Shown: positions 52,537 through 64,000 of the stretch, piece after piece
Numbering within the stretch: position 1 is the stretch's first letter
Layout: each line of letters begins with the position of its first letter
Assembly (NCBI RefSeq): GCF_037042905.1
Contig: NC_087246.1
Location: 62,496,001-62,560,000 of the forward strand
Length of the DNA: 64,000 bases
Direction of reading: 5' to 3'
DNA from: Lytechinus pictus
Taxonomy: Eukaryota
Program-made: the position numbers and the translations under genes
Notes under the pieces: generated by a model
The model's database searches: none
Seen by the model: the letters and a program-made list of their open reading frames with translations, nothing else
Told to the model about the DNA's origin: nothing

Positions 52537-53130
52537 TTGTCTATGTTGAATCTCATCAACCATTTTGCTGCCCATCTATCGAGGTGATTGATCGACTGTT
52601 GCATACCTTGTATGTCATCGTCAGTTTGTACAGCATGTATAAGCTTGGTTTCTGCAAATTTGCTGATTTTTGAGTCAATGTTGATTCCAATATCCATATC
52701 TTTTACATACTGTACATCAAAAAACTGATTGGGGCCCAGCACAGAGCCTTGAACAACGGAGCTGGTAACTTGCCTCCAATAGGATTCTGCTCCCTGTGTA
52801 CTAACTCTTTGTTTACGATCATTGAGCAGGTTTTACAGGTAAAATAAAATGTGATATTCTAAATAGTTTAAAATGATGATCTTCGTTTTTCAGTATGAAT
52901 GGGGGCTGATAGGTATCATATAAAAAAACACGGTAGCACTGAACATTTCCAGCAAATCCAGCAAATAATTGATGTAAAAGCAAAGATAGGCATATATTTG
53001 TGTAACACATAAAATGTTCTTTGAATAATCCAGTATATAATTGTTGGTATACTATAATGTTTCTCTCCACAAATGTGTCTGAATATTAAAGCAGTTCTGG
53101 TACATGTTTTTATGCAAAATTGGCCAAATG

Positions 53131-53181
53131 CTACACTACACCTATGTGTAGTGTAGATCTACACCTATGTGTAGTGTAGAT
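53131..53181. repeat. 23-bp tandem duplication overlapping a short hairpin
   Basis: ctacacctatgtgtagtgtagat twice; ctacactacac / gtgtagtgtag inverted. Confidence 0.75.
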
Positions 53182-54090
53182 CTTTGATGAATCAATTATT
53201 ACCCAAGCTAGAGTTAACAGTTAGGCCTCCAGCATATGCTAGTGAAAAATGGTATAACCTAGTAAACCTACACTGTATTAGTGTATACATGTAGTTGTGC
53301 TTTACCATCGGTTTTCTTGTTTTACAGTCCTTAAAGTCCATTGCATTTGGTCACTATGTTTAATCTTCAGTAGATCTAGATGTATTGTAGAGAGAGTCAC
53401 TTCGGACATCCTGCCCCTTGCCTGCTTTCTGCAAAACTTTCAGTAAGATCAAAACCTAGTAAAAATAGAAGTCAGGGATCCCTATTTTTCTATCAACATA
53501 TCTTCTTCACTACATGTACTGCATGCGTACTAAGCAAGCACTGCAATTAAGATATGACTATCCATACCATGAAAATAACATTTTGTGTAACACGTAAAGT
53601 ACAATTGAATTTCTTCGCTTTTTTACCTGTACAATGTACATGTATGTCCATGATAGCCAGAGCAGTGAGTGTCTTTCCTATTAACTACATGTATTCATAT
53701 GGCCCCTGTTAACGCACCTACATGTATTGCCTGTATAATTAAAGCCATGTTCCATTTGACCAATCGTAATGGATTATTCAACTTTTTGAAAAGATACATG
53801 AAAATTAACTGGAATAGTGAGTCAGTGATTAGTACATTTGAGAGGAAAATAAACTTGGGAGAGGTTTCAATAAACCTGACTTAAAAATAGCAAATTTAAG
53901 ATTTTTTTTTTTTTTTTTTTTTTTTGGGGGGGGGAGAAATTCATGTAGTTATTAAAGATGAGATATGGTCGAAACAAAATAGAAATGATGTACATGTATT
54001 CTATCTACATTTAGATTTCTTCTAAATTGATCATAGATGCATGTACAATCTAACAATTTAGATTCAGAATTATAAGAAATCATATGCATA

Positions 54091-54937
54091 GGGGAAGGTG
54101 GGGTAAGTTGAGCATAGGGGCAAGTTGAGCCACCACCCCCAGGCCAATAATGAGTCAGACATTGTGGTGGTGTCATGTATTGATGACCCATTACATAACC
54201 CTTAACCCCACCACATTGTTTTCAACTTTGAAATAAAATGTATTTTTTGAGAGGGAAAAATACAAATTTCAGCCAATAAAGTAAAAAAGGGTGTGAAATA
54301 GATAAGTGCATTATTTAAATATAATAAAGAAATAATAACAATATTGTTAGTCCAGGTATGGATTCTCATTCTTGTCATAGTCTTTTACATGATGGATGCA
54401 TAAGAAATGTGTGGATGTGAAAATATTGCATTAAGTTAAGGACTGGGGTAATTTGAGCCAGCCAACATGGGGCAAGTTGAGCCATAGTAATTCTTATGGT
54501 AATGTATAATAATAATTGAAAAAAAAACCTTAAAAAGCCATTGATATCCAGGCAGAAAGGAGCAAATTCACATGACAGTTCTTTTACTTTTAGAGGATGT
54601 TAGTATTTACAGAGAATTAGCAAGTGAAAAGACTTTAAATGAAAAATTGACATGCTGGTTCTTCCTCCATAAATTTTGTACATAGTTTTTGTTGCTCAAC
54701 TTACCCCAGAAGGTGGCACAATTTACCCCACAGATGGGGCAAGCTGAGCCATTTGACATCGGTTTTTTTTCAAAGGTCACAATGACTTTCAGTGTGGGGG
54801 TAGAAAGTTATATATAGGTGAAAAATATTTCCCAAGATTCAAATCTAAAGGCTAGGTACTTATTTCTACAATATTATTAGTCATATAAATTTAACATGCA
54901 AAATGCAAAAAGTGTCACAACTTACCCCACCTTCCCC
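54091..54937. mobile_element. TA-duplicating non-autonomous DNA transposon with GGGG...CCCC ends
   Basis: TA|GGGGAAGGTGGGGTAAGTTG ... CAACTTACCCCACCTTCCCC|TA; internal GGGG(C/T)AAGTTGAGC repeats. Confidence 0.85.
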
Positions 54938-55005
54938 TACTGTTACAATTGTACAATGTACATATTTCACTGAACACCTACATGTACATGTGTACTGTAG
55001 ATCTA

Positions 55006-55530
55006 CAGTGCGTCCCAGAAAAAAGGAAACCGGGATTCCCATGTCTTTTTTCTTCAAATCCAAATGTATTGTGATATTTCATTTACATCATCATACAATC
55101 AATCATTCTACTTTATTTTGATATCAAACATGAGACAAACACTTCAAGAATTACTGAGCAAGACGAGTTTGAAATTTTAGTGTCAAAACCAGTTTGCGCA
55201 AAAAAATTGAACAAGATTGGTTTGTGATAAGAAGACTGCTTATTTGGCGATTGGCTCATGAGCATTTCTTTTGTATTCTTTAGTTTCTCTCACTGATCCC
55301 TGAAAAGAGAGTGGATTCAGATTCACACCCAAGTTTCTGCACAAAATGTTTCTGATATGCCCCAATATTTATTGTTTGTAATCCGCCATGCGTGAACAAT
55401 ATGCTAAGCCGTTGGTTCAAAATTCAAGATGAGATTCCACTCTTATCATAAGTATCAAATTATGGTAAAAACATAATTGTTAAATCTACATGTATCTTTG
55501 AAACAGATTTCCTTTTTGTGGGATGCACTG
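55006..55530. mobile_element. Tc1/mariner-type MITE
   Basis: TA|CAGTGCGTCCCAGAAAAAAGGAAA ... TTTCCTTTTTGTGGGATGCACTG|TA. Confidence 0.8.
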
Positions 55531-57086
55531 TATAGATAGACTGCAATACATGAACATGTAGAATTATTGACTGGGTGAATGCCAGGTGCCCTTATCAGTG
55601 TAATTAAAAAACCTGGCCTGTCAGCCTCTAAACTTGTCTGGTAGTCGCCAAGGAATGACACCATTCTCAAATTCACATCCGTGATAAAAGGATGATAAAA
55701 AGATGAATAGAATCACTACGAAGCAGTTAGTATTGATATGATAAAAGTCAGGTGATTCATTATGTGTATAATGTGATGTTACTACGTTGCATACATTGCA
55801 CACTTTAACAAATAAATCTTTTGTTGGATTATCAATTAGCAAAATTCATATTTAAATTTTCAGTTTTATTTTGTACTGTATTATACAATTTCAAGGGATT
55901 TTATATAGGCCCTATTATTTCCCCTATATTTTTTGTTATGATGAAATTTGGATACTCAGAGGCAAAAATAATTGTAGATATCTCTTTTGAAATCCCATGA
56001 TTGTTACAAACAATAAGATAATCTGCTTCGTGTAAGACGTAGGCCTACATGTCACACTTTTGTTCCTAAAAGAAAATTACATGGATGGGAAATATATTAA
56101 ATCACATGTATATTTATTATTCAAAATAGATTGTTTATTATGATCTTTCAGATTGTCTCCCATTTGACAGATGTTGAATAATAATTGTACATTGTACTTT
56201 ACCAATGCTCTGTAACTACACCTACATGTATTACCTGTACCAAATTTGATTTCTGTGAGAACAACACTTTTTACAGCCAATCGTACATGTAATGTACATG
56301 AACATACAGATTTGTGCACTGTTATTTATACAGTGTTGTGATTATGACCACCAGCATTCCCCATCCAAGAAAGAATGTTGAGATGACAAAGATGAAATTG
56401 TTTTGACAGTTCATTTCCTAGTTGAGCAATTGTATTCTAAACATCTACATGTATGTATGTGCATGATTGAATGAATGAATTTGTGTGAAATTATGCCTTA
56501 TGGATTGCAGATATTTGTGTGTTGACCACATGGTGAATTGAATATTATCTGCTATCCAGCCAGTCATTGTTTAAAATATGTCCATATTTACTCAAAAAAT
56601 TCACATAAGGAAAGTTGTACATAAATATGCATGTATGTCTCGTAGATGTTTTATCTCCTCTGTTTTGTAACCTGAATACATGTAGAGTATCTCATATTTA
56701 CATTCAGTGTACATGTTTTGCTGAAGACTCTCAGTCAGACTTATTGTTCAATTGATTGTATCCTTTCTGTTAGTGTGCTTATGACTGTTCAGTTGTTGTC
56801 TTTATTCTCCAATATCTGCCCAACATGTAATGAATGGTACTGAGGCAAGTATCAGTGGTATTTGTAGCATTGTATTTGTAACAAGGGTCGACCAGCCATA
56901 CTCACTGTCGCAGCTATGTGCATGCCTTCAATATTAATCATGGGTAGATGACTTAAAAGATCATATGGCTTATCTGAGTCAAAGCATACCCAAAGTCCAA
57001 GCAAAGATCTTACATATACATGTACATGTAGAAGCTAAAAGGCAATGAGACTCATTGTTGTGCATTTGATGTATACCGGTAATATA

Positions 57087-57905
57087 CAGTGCGTCCCAGA
57101 AAAAATGAAACCGAGATTTAGCGATGATTTATCATAACTTAATCGCAAATACAATAGACAAATGACCTACCATTTTAAAGTTTAGAATCTCCTCTTTCAT
57201 CTGAAATTACTTAGATTATTTCTCATTCACGCATGAGTGAGCAAAAACAATTTGAAAAGGGGATACCAAAAAGTCACTTGGCGGGCCGTATCTGGGTTTT
57301 AAAAAGAAAACCACATTTCTAAAAAGTTCAATATCTGCTCTTTTATTTGATACCTCAATTACAGAAAATGGTCAAGAAATAAAAAAGTTCTGGTTATTTG
57401 AAATAAGCCTTGAATTTCAATAATTTCATAAAATGAAGAGGTTTTACAGACTAGCGTTCAAACTCACTCGACACTCCGTTTTGTTGACGATCAGCCATGC
57501 ATTAAGTCTTTTGTTAACGTGCGATAGCTTCTGTGGGAAACCGGTGAAAACACGTTTATTTAATGAAATTATGGAAATACAAGCATTGTTTCGAGGGATC
57601 ATAACTTTTTTACTACTTGACCATTTTTTGTGATTTAGGTATCAAAGAAAAGTGAAGATATTGAACTTTTTAGTCATGTGATTTTCTCTTTGAAATTCAG
57701 ATACCCCTCGCCAAATGAGTTTTTGGCATCCTTTCTTCGAATTGTTTTTGCTCAATCATGCGTGAATGAGGAATAATCTAAGTAATACCAGATGAAAGAG
57801 GAGATTCTAAGCTTTACATTGGTAGGTCATTTGTCCATTTTATCTATGATTAAGTTATGATAAATCATCGCTAAATCTCGGTTTCGTTTTTTCTGGGAAG
57901 CACTG
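57087..57905. mobile_element. Tc1/mariner-type MITE with very long inverted repeats (about 350 bp)
   Basis: TA|CAGTGCGTCCCAGAAAAAATGAAACCGAGATTTAGCGATG ... CATCGCTAAATCTCGGTTTCGTTTTTTCTGGGAAGCACTG|TA. Confidence 0.9.
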
Positions 57906-59499
57906 TATGAAGACCTACATGTATGTGCCTGATGTATACATGTACATGTAGGCATTATTCCTTTATGTTTCCTATCTTGTGCTACATGTACATGTCATGT
58001 CAGACCACTCCAATTATTGTATGAAAAGGGGTTGTACATCACATGTACATGTAGATCAATCCTTGTGTGTTGATTTTTTGTATTGTTCTATCAATGGTAG
58101 TGTTTGTATACATAGGCCATATTGTAGGCCAATTTGTTTTCTTTTGGATTATCATATTTATATTTTTTTTCTATTAAAGACTTATGCCCTAATTCTTTTC
58201 TCGTTTAAAAGGATGATTTTTAAAGAATGTTTTCTTCAGTCTTTTTTTTTCCTTCAATGTTTATTTGTAGTCAATTGTATGTACATTGCACTCTTTAACT
58301 CCATGTATGAAAGATTTGACTACCCCCCCCCCAAAAAAAAAGAAAGAAGAAACGCCCTTGTGGTGTTCACTTCAGTATGGTGATCATAATGGTCCATCTC
58401 ATTCTATCATTCTGCACAGTGCATACATTGTACCTTCCCAAAATAATTCTGTAAATATAAGGTAATATGAAATCAATTATTTTGTATAATTTCATGGGGT
58501 GATTTGCGATGCATCTCCCTTGAATACCTTCACAACTTCACAATATCATGGGACCTTGATACTGTTGTAAATATGTCAAATCAATGGTACTCTCTGAGTT
58601 CATGTTTAGTGCATATGCTCATCTCACCTGTCAGCTTTCCCCTTGTTTACCCGACCTTTAAGAAAGGGGTTAGTCTCTTGGAAACCCCCTCACTTGCAGC
58701 AGGCTGTGTCATTTGTTGTTTACTTGGAAGTAGAAGTGTTCCAAATGTACATGATCAATGTGATCAGTGTCTGAAAGTGGAGTAGGCTAGTAAGGCTACA
58801 GTAGGACTACATTATCTAGAGAGCTTATTTTTGCCCTGTTTGAGTACATGTACATGACAATCATAATTTCCCAGGTTTCTAAGCTCAGCAGCTACATGTA
58901 TTTACTGGAGAGTTGAGAATTCCATTTCCATGATTTTAAAGATTTTTCTGAGGCCTGTTGTGCTCAGGAAAAACTACAATTAAACATGACTTGTTTTTCA
59001 ACAATCAAAAGCACAAACTTTTTATTTGTGCTTGATTTTTTTTAAATTGTTATCAAACACTACACTTTCCGCAAGGAGCCCTGACCTTCCAAACCAAAGA
59101 AAGAAGAAAAAAAAGATGCAGGATTTTTGAATTGTGAGTTGAACAAATTGAGAGATTTTTATTGAAATCTAAAATTTCATTTAGAATTCTGAAATTGGGA
59201 GGGATTGATGCAACTTTACAATATGCAAGAGAAGTGCTCATCTATTCAATTTTTATGATAAAAAAGGGAAAACTTATCTTGAATTTGTTAAGTCGGTGCA
59301 GGAAGGGCAGTTAAGGGCGTTTCTGCACCGGCCAGGTGTGCGGAAGTGTGGTGCACCGGCACAACGAATTGTCTTCCATGCTGGTAAGTCCCACCCACCC
59401 CAGTACAAGTCACCTGAACCACCTTTAAACAAGGAATTCTATCCCCTTGATGAGTGTATGTTATAAGAGAAAGAGAAATACATTTACCAGGTTGGTGTC

Positions 59500-59684
59500 A
59501 GTGTTTCATTAAGCTTTTCGTATGTTAAGAGCGACTTTAAGAACAACTGGTGAACCTTTCTTATGCTCTAAATAATCACCAATGAACATTTAATGGTCAA
59601 TATCATTTACCACAAGAAAGGATCGCCAGTCGTTCTTAAAGTCGCTCTTTAATATCTTACGATAAGCTTTATGAAACAGCCCCC
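59500..59684. mobile_element. Harbinger-like MITE, uninterrupted relative of 6173-8211
   Basis: gttaagagcgactttaagaacaactggtga / ccagtcgttcttaaagtcgctctt inverted arms. Confidence 0.78.
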
Positions 59685-60405
59685 TGGATGGATTTATTTT
59701 CCCCTTGCATTGTCAGTCAGATTGTAGCCAACTCATTTATGTGACATCATACACTTTACATACTATTCTCTACCTATTTTTACTATCCACCGTTGCCCTC
59801 ACATCACATGTCATCCATACGTGTTGATGTATTTAGAAAATGATGTATATTTAGAGTTCACTGGATTTAACAGGCATGTTAAAGGAAAGCTATGCTTCCA
59901 GGGACCATCTTGTGAGTGATATTAAACTCTGCCAGCACTGGTAACTTCAGACTGTACCCGTGTCTTTGCACTGTACAAGCCTGTATGTATCATATACCCA
60001 GTTAACATTCTGGATGGACCAGAGGTCAATGATCAATTAACCAAGAGCCGTAAGCCCAGGCAAAACATGGCCCCATCTGATGATGCTCCCTGTCGACCCC
60101 CATCACTCTGTGATGCAGATTCCTCAGATATACTAGATGCAGGCACCCTACCAGTCGTTAAAACACATACAGAACAAGATACAGTCCTGCCTCCAGACTG
60201 GATATATGAATGTCTATTCGATTAAGAGTGAACAGTCTGTGTCCATGAGAGCCAACTCCTGCTCACTGTGACTTGTCTGTAGTAGTGTCATTTATCCTCT
60301 CCATGTACACATTGTGGGGGTGGAAGGGACCATGTCCTCTGCAATCAAGGGTTGCATCATTGCCTTAATGGCCGTTCTTTTCTTTTTCTTCCAATGCTGT
60401 TGCAG

Positions 60406-60517
60406 GCAACAGGATGACTATCAGATCGTCAGGAAGCTGGGAAGGGGGAAGTACAGTGAGGTCTTTGAGGCAGTTAATATCACCAGCAATGAAAAGTGTG
60501 TGATCAAAATCTTGAAG
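60406..60517 (+). CDS. CSNK2A1: Casein kinase II alpha, second coding exon ([38 protein letters not shown]); the gene continues beyond the window
   Basis: GRGKYS glycine loop and VIKILK; acceptor tgcag with phase matching exon 1; donor GTGAG. Confidence 0.96.
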
Positions 60518-61371
60518 GTGAGTTGATCTTGATCTACATGAATTGTTTTTCGAAAGAAACTGGCATGACATTTCACATTGATAAATCTAAAATTGAATCG
60601 TAAATTTGGACGAGAGGTATGTAATTTGAGTAAGTTACATATTCACATAGAAACATACCCAGAAAGATTAAGGACTAAATGTGAAACATGTGCTCAAAGT
60701 TACAGTTGCTCATCTTGTAAAGAAAAAATGATTTTTTTTTTTTTAGTAATAGAAAGTAAAGTTTACTCTGACAGTTTATTCAATTATGCCATTTCTGTGG
60801 AATGTTTCTGAACTTGTATAATGATTAATGAATTCATTTTATTATTTATTTTTTTATTTATTTCTTTTGTATGAAATGAAATACATGTAGACTTACATGT
60901 ATTTCAAATTTTGTAGATTGATAATAAGAGAGTATTTTATTGAATTACAGTAAATGTAAGTTGCAACGATGGTAATTCTACATGTTCAGGGTGAAATCAA
61001 CACCCCCCCCCCACATTCAAATTAGATTTTGACAGTGGAATATTTTGATGGGGGTGTACATATACCTCATGAAACCACATAATGGGGGTCCAAGGAACTG
61101 ATTACAAGATGTAAAATTGGGGAAACTTGGATCTATCGGGCAGCGCGAAAGACTCGGGTAATGCATATTGATGTGTGTATGGGCTGTGCACCTTGATAGA
61201 GAATGAATGCCTATTTTCCTTAGTGAGCCCTCTTTGTTTATTTGACTACAGTCCATCTCTCACTTTTGTATTGGATCACCAGTACATGTATATGCCACGG
61301 CGAGTGCCCTACTATTGCAAGGTGCTGTGGGTGCACATATAGGGCCACCAAGTAAGCTAGATTGTGTGAAT

Positions 61372-62395
61372 GGTAAATTGCCAATTCATCCACTACAAAC
61401 TCGTCCACTCACCACATGGTCTACCTTCATTTAGTCTAATGCCATTTCGTCCAACATTTCTTCTTTAACAACCATTTGGTCCAATCATTACTTCGTCTAA
61501 TCACCAGTTTGTCTATTACCATTCGTCTAATATTGGTCTAATACCCATTTTATTTTCCTTCATTTTGCACAATTAACACTTTGGTTTAATTGGACCAAAT
61601 GCAGACCTCCCAACATTTTCGCTTTTTTTATTCTTTTAGGATTTTCCGCTAATTGTCCATTATTTTCTGCAAAATAAGATTTTGAGCAATGTACATGTAC
61701 ATGCCTTTATCGAAAGAGGGCAGTAGACATATTCATTCAGCAGGTTACGGTTGTATAGCACGTATGCACACGCACGCCGTATGGCGAGTAATGAATTTCT
61801 AGCGTGTAGCAAGAGCACCGCTCTGGTGACCTCGTCGCTCACAGCCACTTTCAATTCGTTATAGATCTAGACCCCAATGTCTAGAACTATTTGCGAATTG
61901 ATTTTATTAGTATATTGCTGCAAACTATTTTCATGGTAGCCCTAATCAAAATTAATATCTGAATGATTTGAATACTAGATTGTCACTAGATCGACATTTT
62001 TGCTTTACTCTTTTCACCTTTTTTCAATTTGGTTTTGTTTACTAGTTCAAGGTAAGGATATACATGAGAAACCTGCTTGTATAACAAACGCATATATTTT
62101 ATGCAAGTGTATGCACCAGATTGAACCATTTGGGGGCCAAAATAAAAAAAAATGCCCTTACCGCTCTGCTCCCTCGTACAGTTGCAATTATTCTAGGATT
62201 TTTGTTGTTGAAATGTTGGGAGGTCTGCAAATGGTATATGGACTAAATGGCTATTGGACCAACTGGTTATTAGACGGAATGGCATTAGACTAAATGAAAG
62301 AAGACCATGTGGTGAGTGGACGAACTGATGGTAGACTAAATGATAGTAGACGAGTCGACAATTGAACGAATTGGCATTAGATGAATTGGAAATAA
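61372..62395. mobile_element. Foldback-like element whose two arms are inverted minisatellites (unit about 20 bp)
   Basis: Left arm ggtaaattgccaattc...ttcgtctaa units, right arm ttagac..aatgg units; same unit as 45600-46099. Confidence 0.65.
61602..62227. mobile_element. Non-autonomous element with a 6-bp target duplication (CAAATG), nested in the foldback-like element
   Basis: CAGACCTCCCAACATTT / AAATGTTGGGAGGTCTG perfect 17-bp inverted repeat; CAAATG at 61596-61601 and 62228-62233. Confidence 0.82.
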
Positions 62396-63132
62396 AAAAA
62401 TAAATTTTTAACGTTGCACTACATGCTCGTTTGAACATGTAGTACTGAATGCCATATTCTGGTGAAGCAAACAGAAAAAAATATTTTTTTTAAATATTTA
62501 AACTAGTTTTGAATTTTGATGCGGCATTACGCCATGGAACACGTTTTGCCCAAATGACTGATGACCTTTCAAAGTATGCATTGGTTTTAGTTGTCTTTAA
62601 ATAAGCACTTGCATGTACATGAAGTTGATTAAACATTGACTTTTGTGTCACAGTATTTACAATTCTAGCATTAATACTGATTTAAGATATACTGTATATC
62701 TTTATGAATACAATAGTTCAAGTACAGTATGTGCATTACAGGCAGATCTCATCTCCATACATGTATGTTTGTACATTCACCTCATTAGTACTGACAGGGT
62801 ATATATATGATGGTAACGATTACTGTATGATGGCATATTTGAGAGGTTTTTGAAGTAGATACAAACACAAAGCACAGGTTCAGAGAGACATACAGTTGAA
62901 ATGGAAAAGATACATGTATGTACAACTATGAGAGGTCCCAGTTCGGTTGGGGGTATTAGAAATCTTGCCTAAAATGCAGTCAGTATGAATGCTATCTGAA
63001 TTTCATAAAGATATTCTGCCATATTGATAGGCCTGCAAACACTTCAAATGTTTAAATACATGTAGTTCACCAACAATTAAGAAGGGTAGTATTTCACTTC
63101 TCTGCCATTTCAGTTTTGTGTGAATGTTATTT

Positions 63133-63338
63133 GGGTGGTGCAACATTTGCTCTAGCAACAATTGCTCTGGGCTTTTTTTTCATTTAAAGATTTAGGGTTA
63201 AAGTTGCAATAGGGTTTTATGTTAGGGTAAGGGTTACATTTAAGTTTAGGTTCTAGTGAATCCAGGGTTGAAGTTAGTCATTACATTTGTGGAATTTACA
63301 GCGGAACAAATTGTCACCAGAGCAAATGTCATGGAGCC
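63133..63338. mobile_element. Small foldback element with internal degenerate TTAGGG-like repeats
   Basis: acatttgctctagcaacaattg / caaattgtcaccagagcaaatgt arms; tttagggtta and gttagggtaagggtt inside. Confidence 0.55.
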
Positions 63339-64000
63339 ATTATTTGGATATATTATGCACTCACAGTGGGGTATTTCACTTTTCTGCTAAATTTCAATGT
63401 TGTGTGAAAACTGATGTCAGAACACACAAAAATCACAGACAATATAGCAGACTAAAAGTGCCATGTTCGTTATTTTTTCTTTCAATAGGAGGCTCTTTTG
63501 ACAGTTTGGGGGCTTATTATATATAGTACATGGACTTAGATTAATTTTTATGTAAGCTTTGTGCTGATATTAAAAAAGATATTGAATATTGTAATCCTAA
63601 ATTTACCAGGATATGAAAGTCCTACATGTAGTACTCCTTAATTCTTATTTTTAATATTGATTCAAGCTTGACTGAATTGTAAGATGAGATACAGATACAT
63701 GTACCATGGGTGAATTGAATGGAAACTGGTCAGTGAGTCAAGGAAAACAATTTTCAGCCTTGCATTCATATGAAAAAGGGCTTTCAAGGTGACCAAGTCC
63801 AGTGACAAAGCAATCACTCATCTGAGGAATCGGGGGGGGGGGGAAGTTTATCTTAGCCATACTTACTAAAACTTGAAGAAAGGGAAAAAAAAGAAGATTT
63901 GTACCTGACTGAATAATGTATATTTGAGCCATGCATTATGATCAGAGGAGCGTGGAGTCGTGGATATGTATGTATAAGTTGTTTTTCACATTCTAGTTTA

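Larger units (their letters stand above)
50278..52818 (-). mobile_element. 5'-truncated CR1-like LINE fragment (reverse transcriptase C-terminal half), split by a hAT insertion
   Basis: Reverse-strand peptides VQGSVLGP, SKFAET (decayed FADD), WLMRFNIDKCGVMHFG, LYKSLVRPHLDYAMQTWNP; short tandem 3' tail CAAGGTAACTT. Confidence 0.88.

Overview
AT-rich animal genomic DNA, probably an echinoderm or sea urchin (inferred from the repeat content; not prokaryotic). Genes in order: the large last coding exon of a multi-C2H2 zinc-finger gene (+, 686-4296); C/EBP-gamma (+, one coding exon 16520-17203, with a short uORF and C/EBP sites in its own upstream region); two complete CFAP20 paralogues arranged tail-to-tail (copy A +, 25074-28328, 4 coding exons; copy B -, 33663-37096, 5 coding exons); and the first two coding exons of casein kinase II alpha (+, 48084-48178 and 60406-60517). 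The rest is introns and intergenic DNA packed with non-autonomous DNA transposons, tRNA-derived SINEs, a CR1-like LINE fragment with nested insertions, and tandem repeats. Three observations stand out. (1) The CFAP20 pair is old (synonymous sites strongly diverged, one intron difference) yet shares a nearly identical 204-nt tract, the signature of gene conversion, and a third relic fragment lies between the copies. (2) TA-NNNN-TA palindromes (TACATGTA, TAGGCCTA, TAGATCTA, TACCGGTA) are strongly over-represented; repeat-copy alignments inside the window show them replacing a single TA, as expected for transposon excision footprints. (3) An in-frame intronic ATG could give CK2 alpha a hydrophobic, Cys-rich alternative N-terminus.
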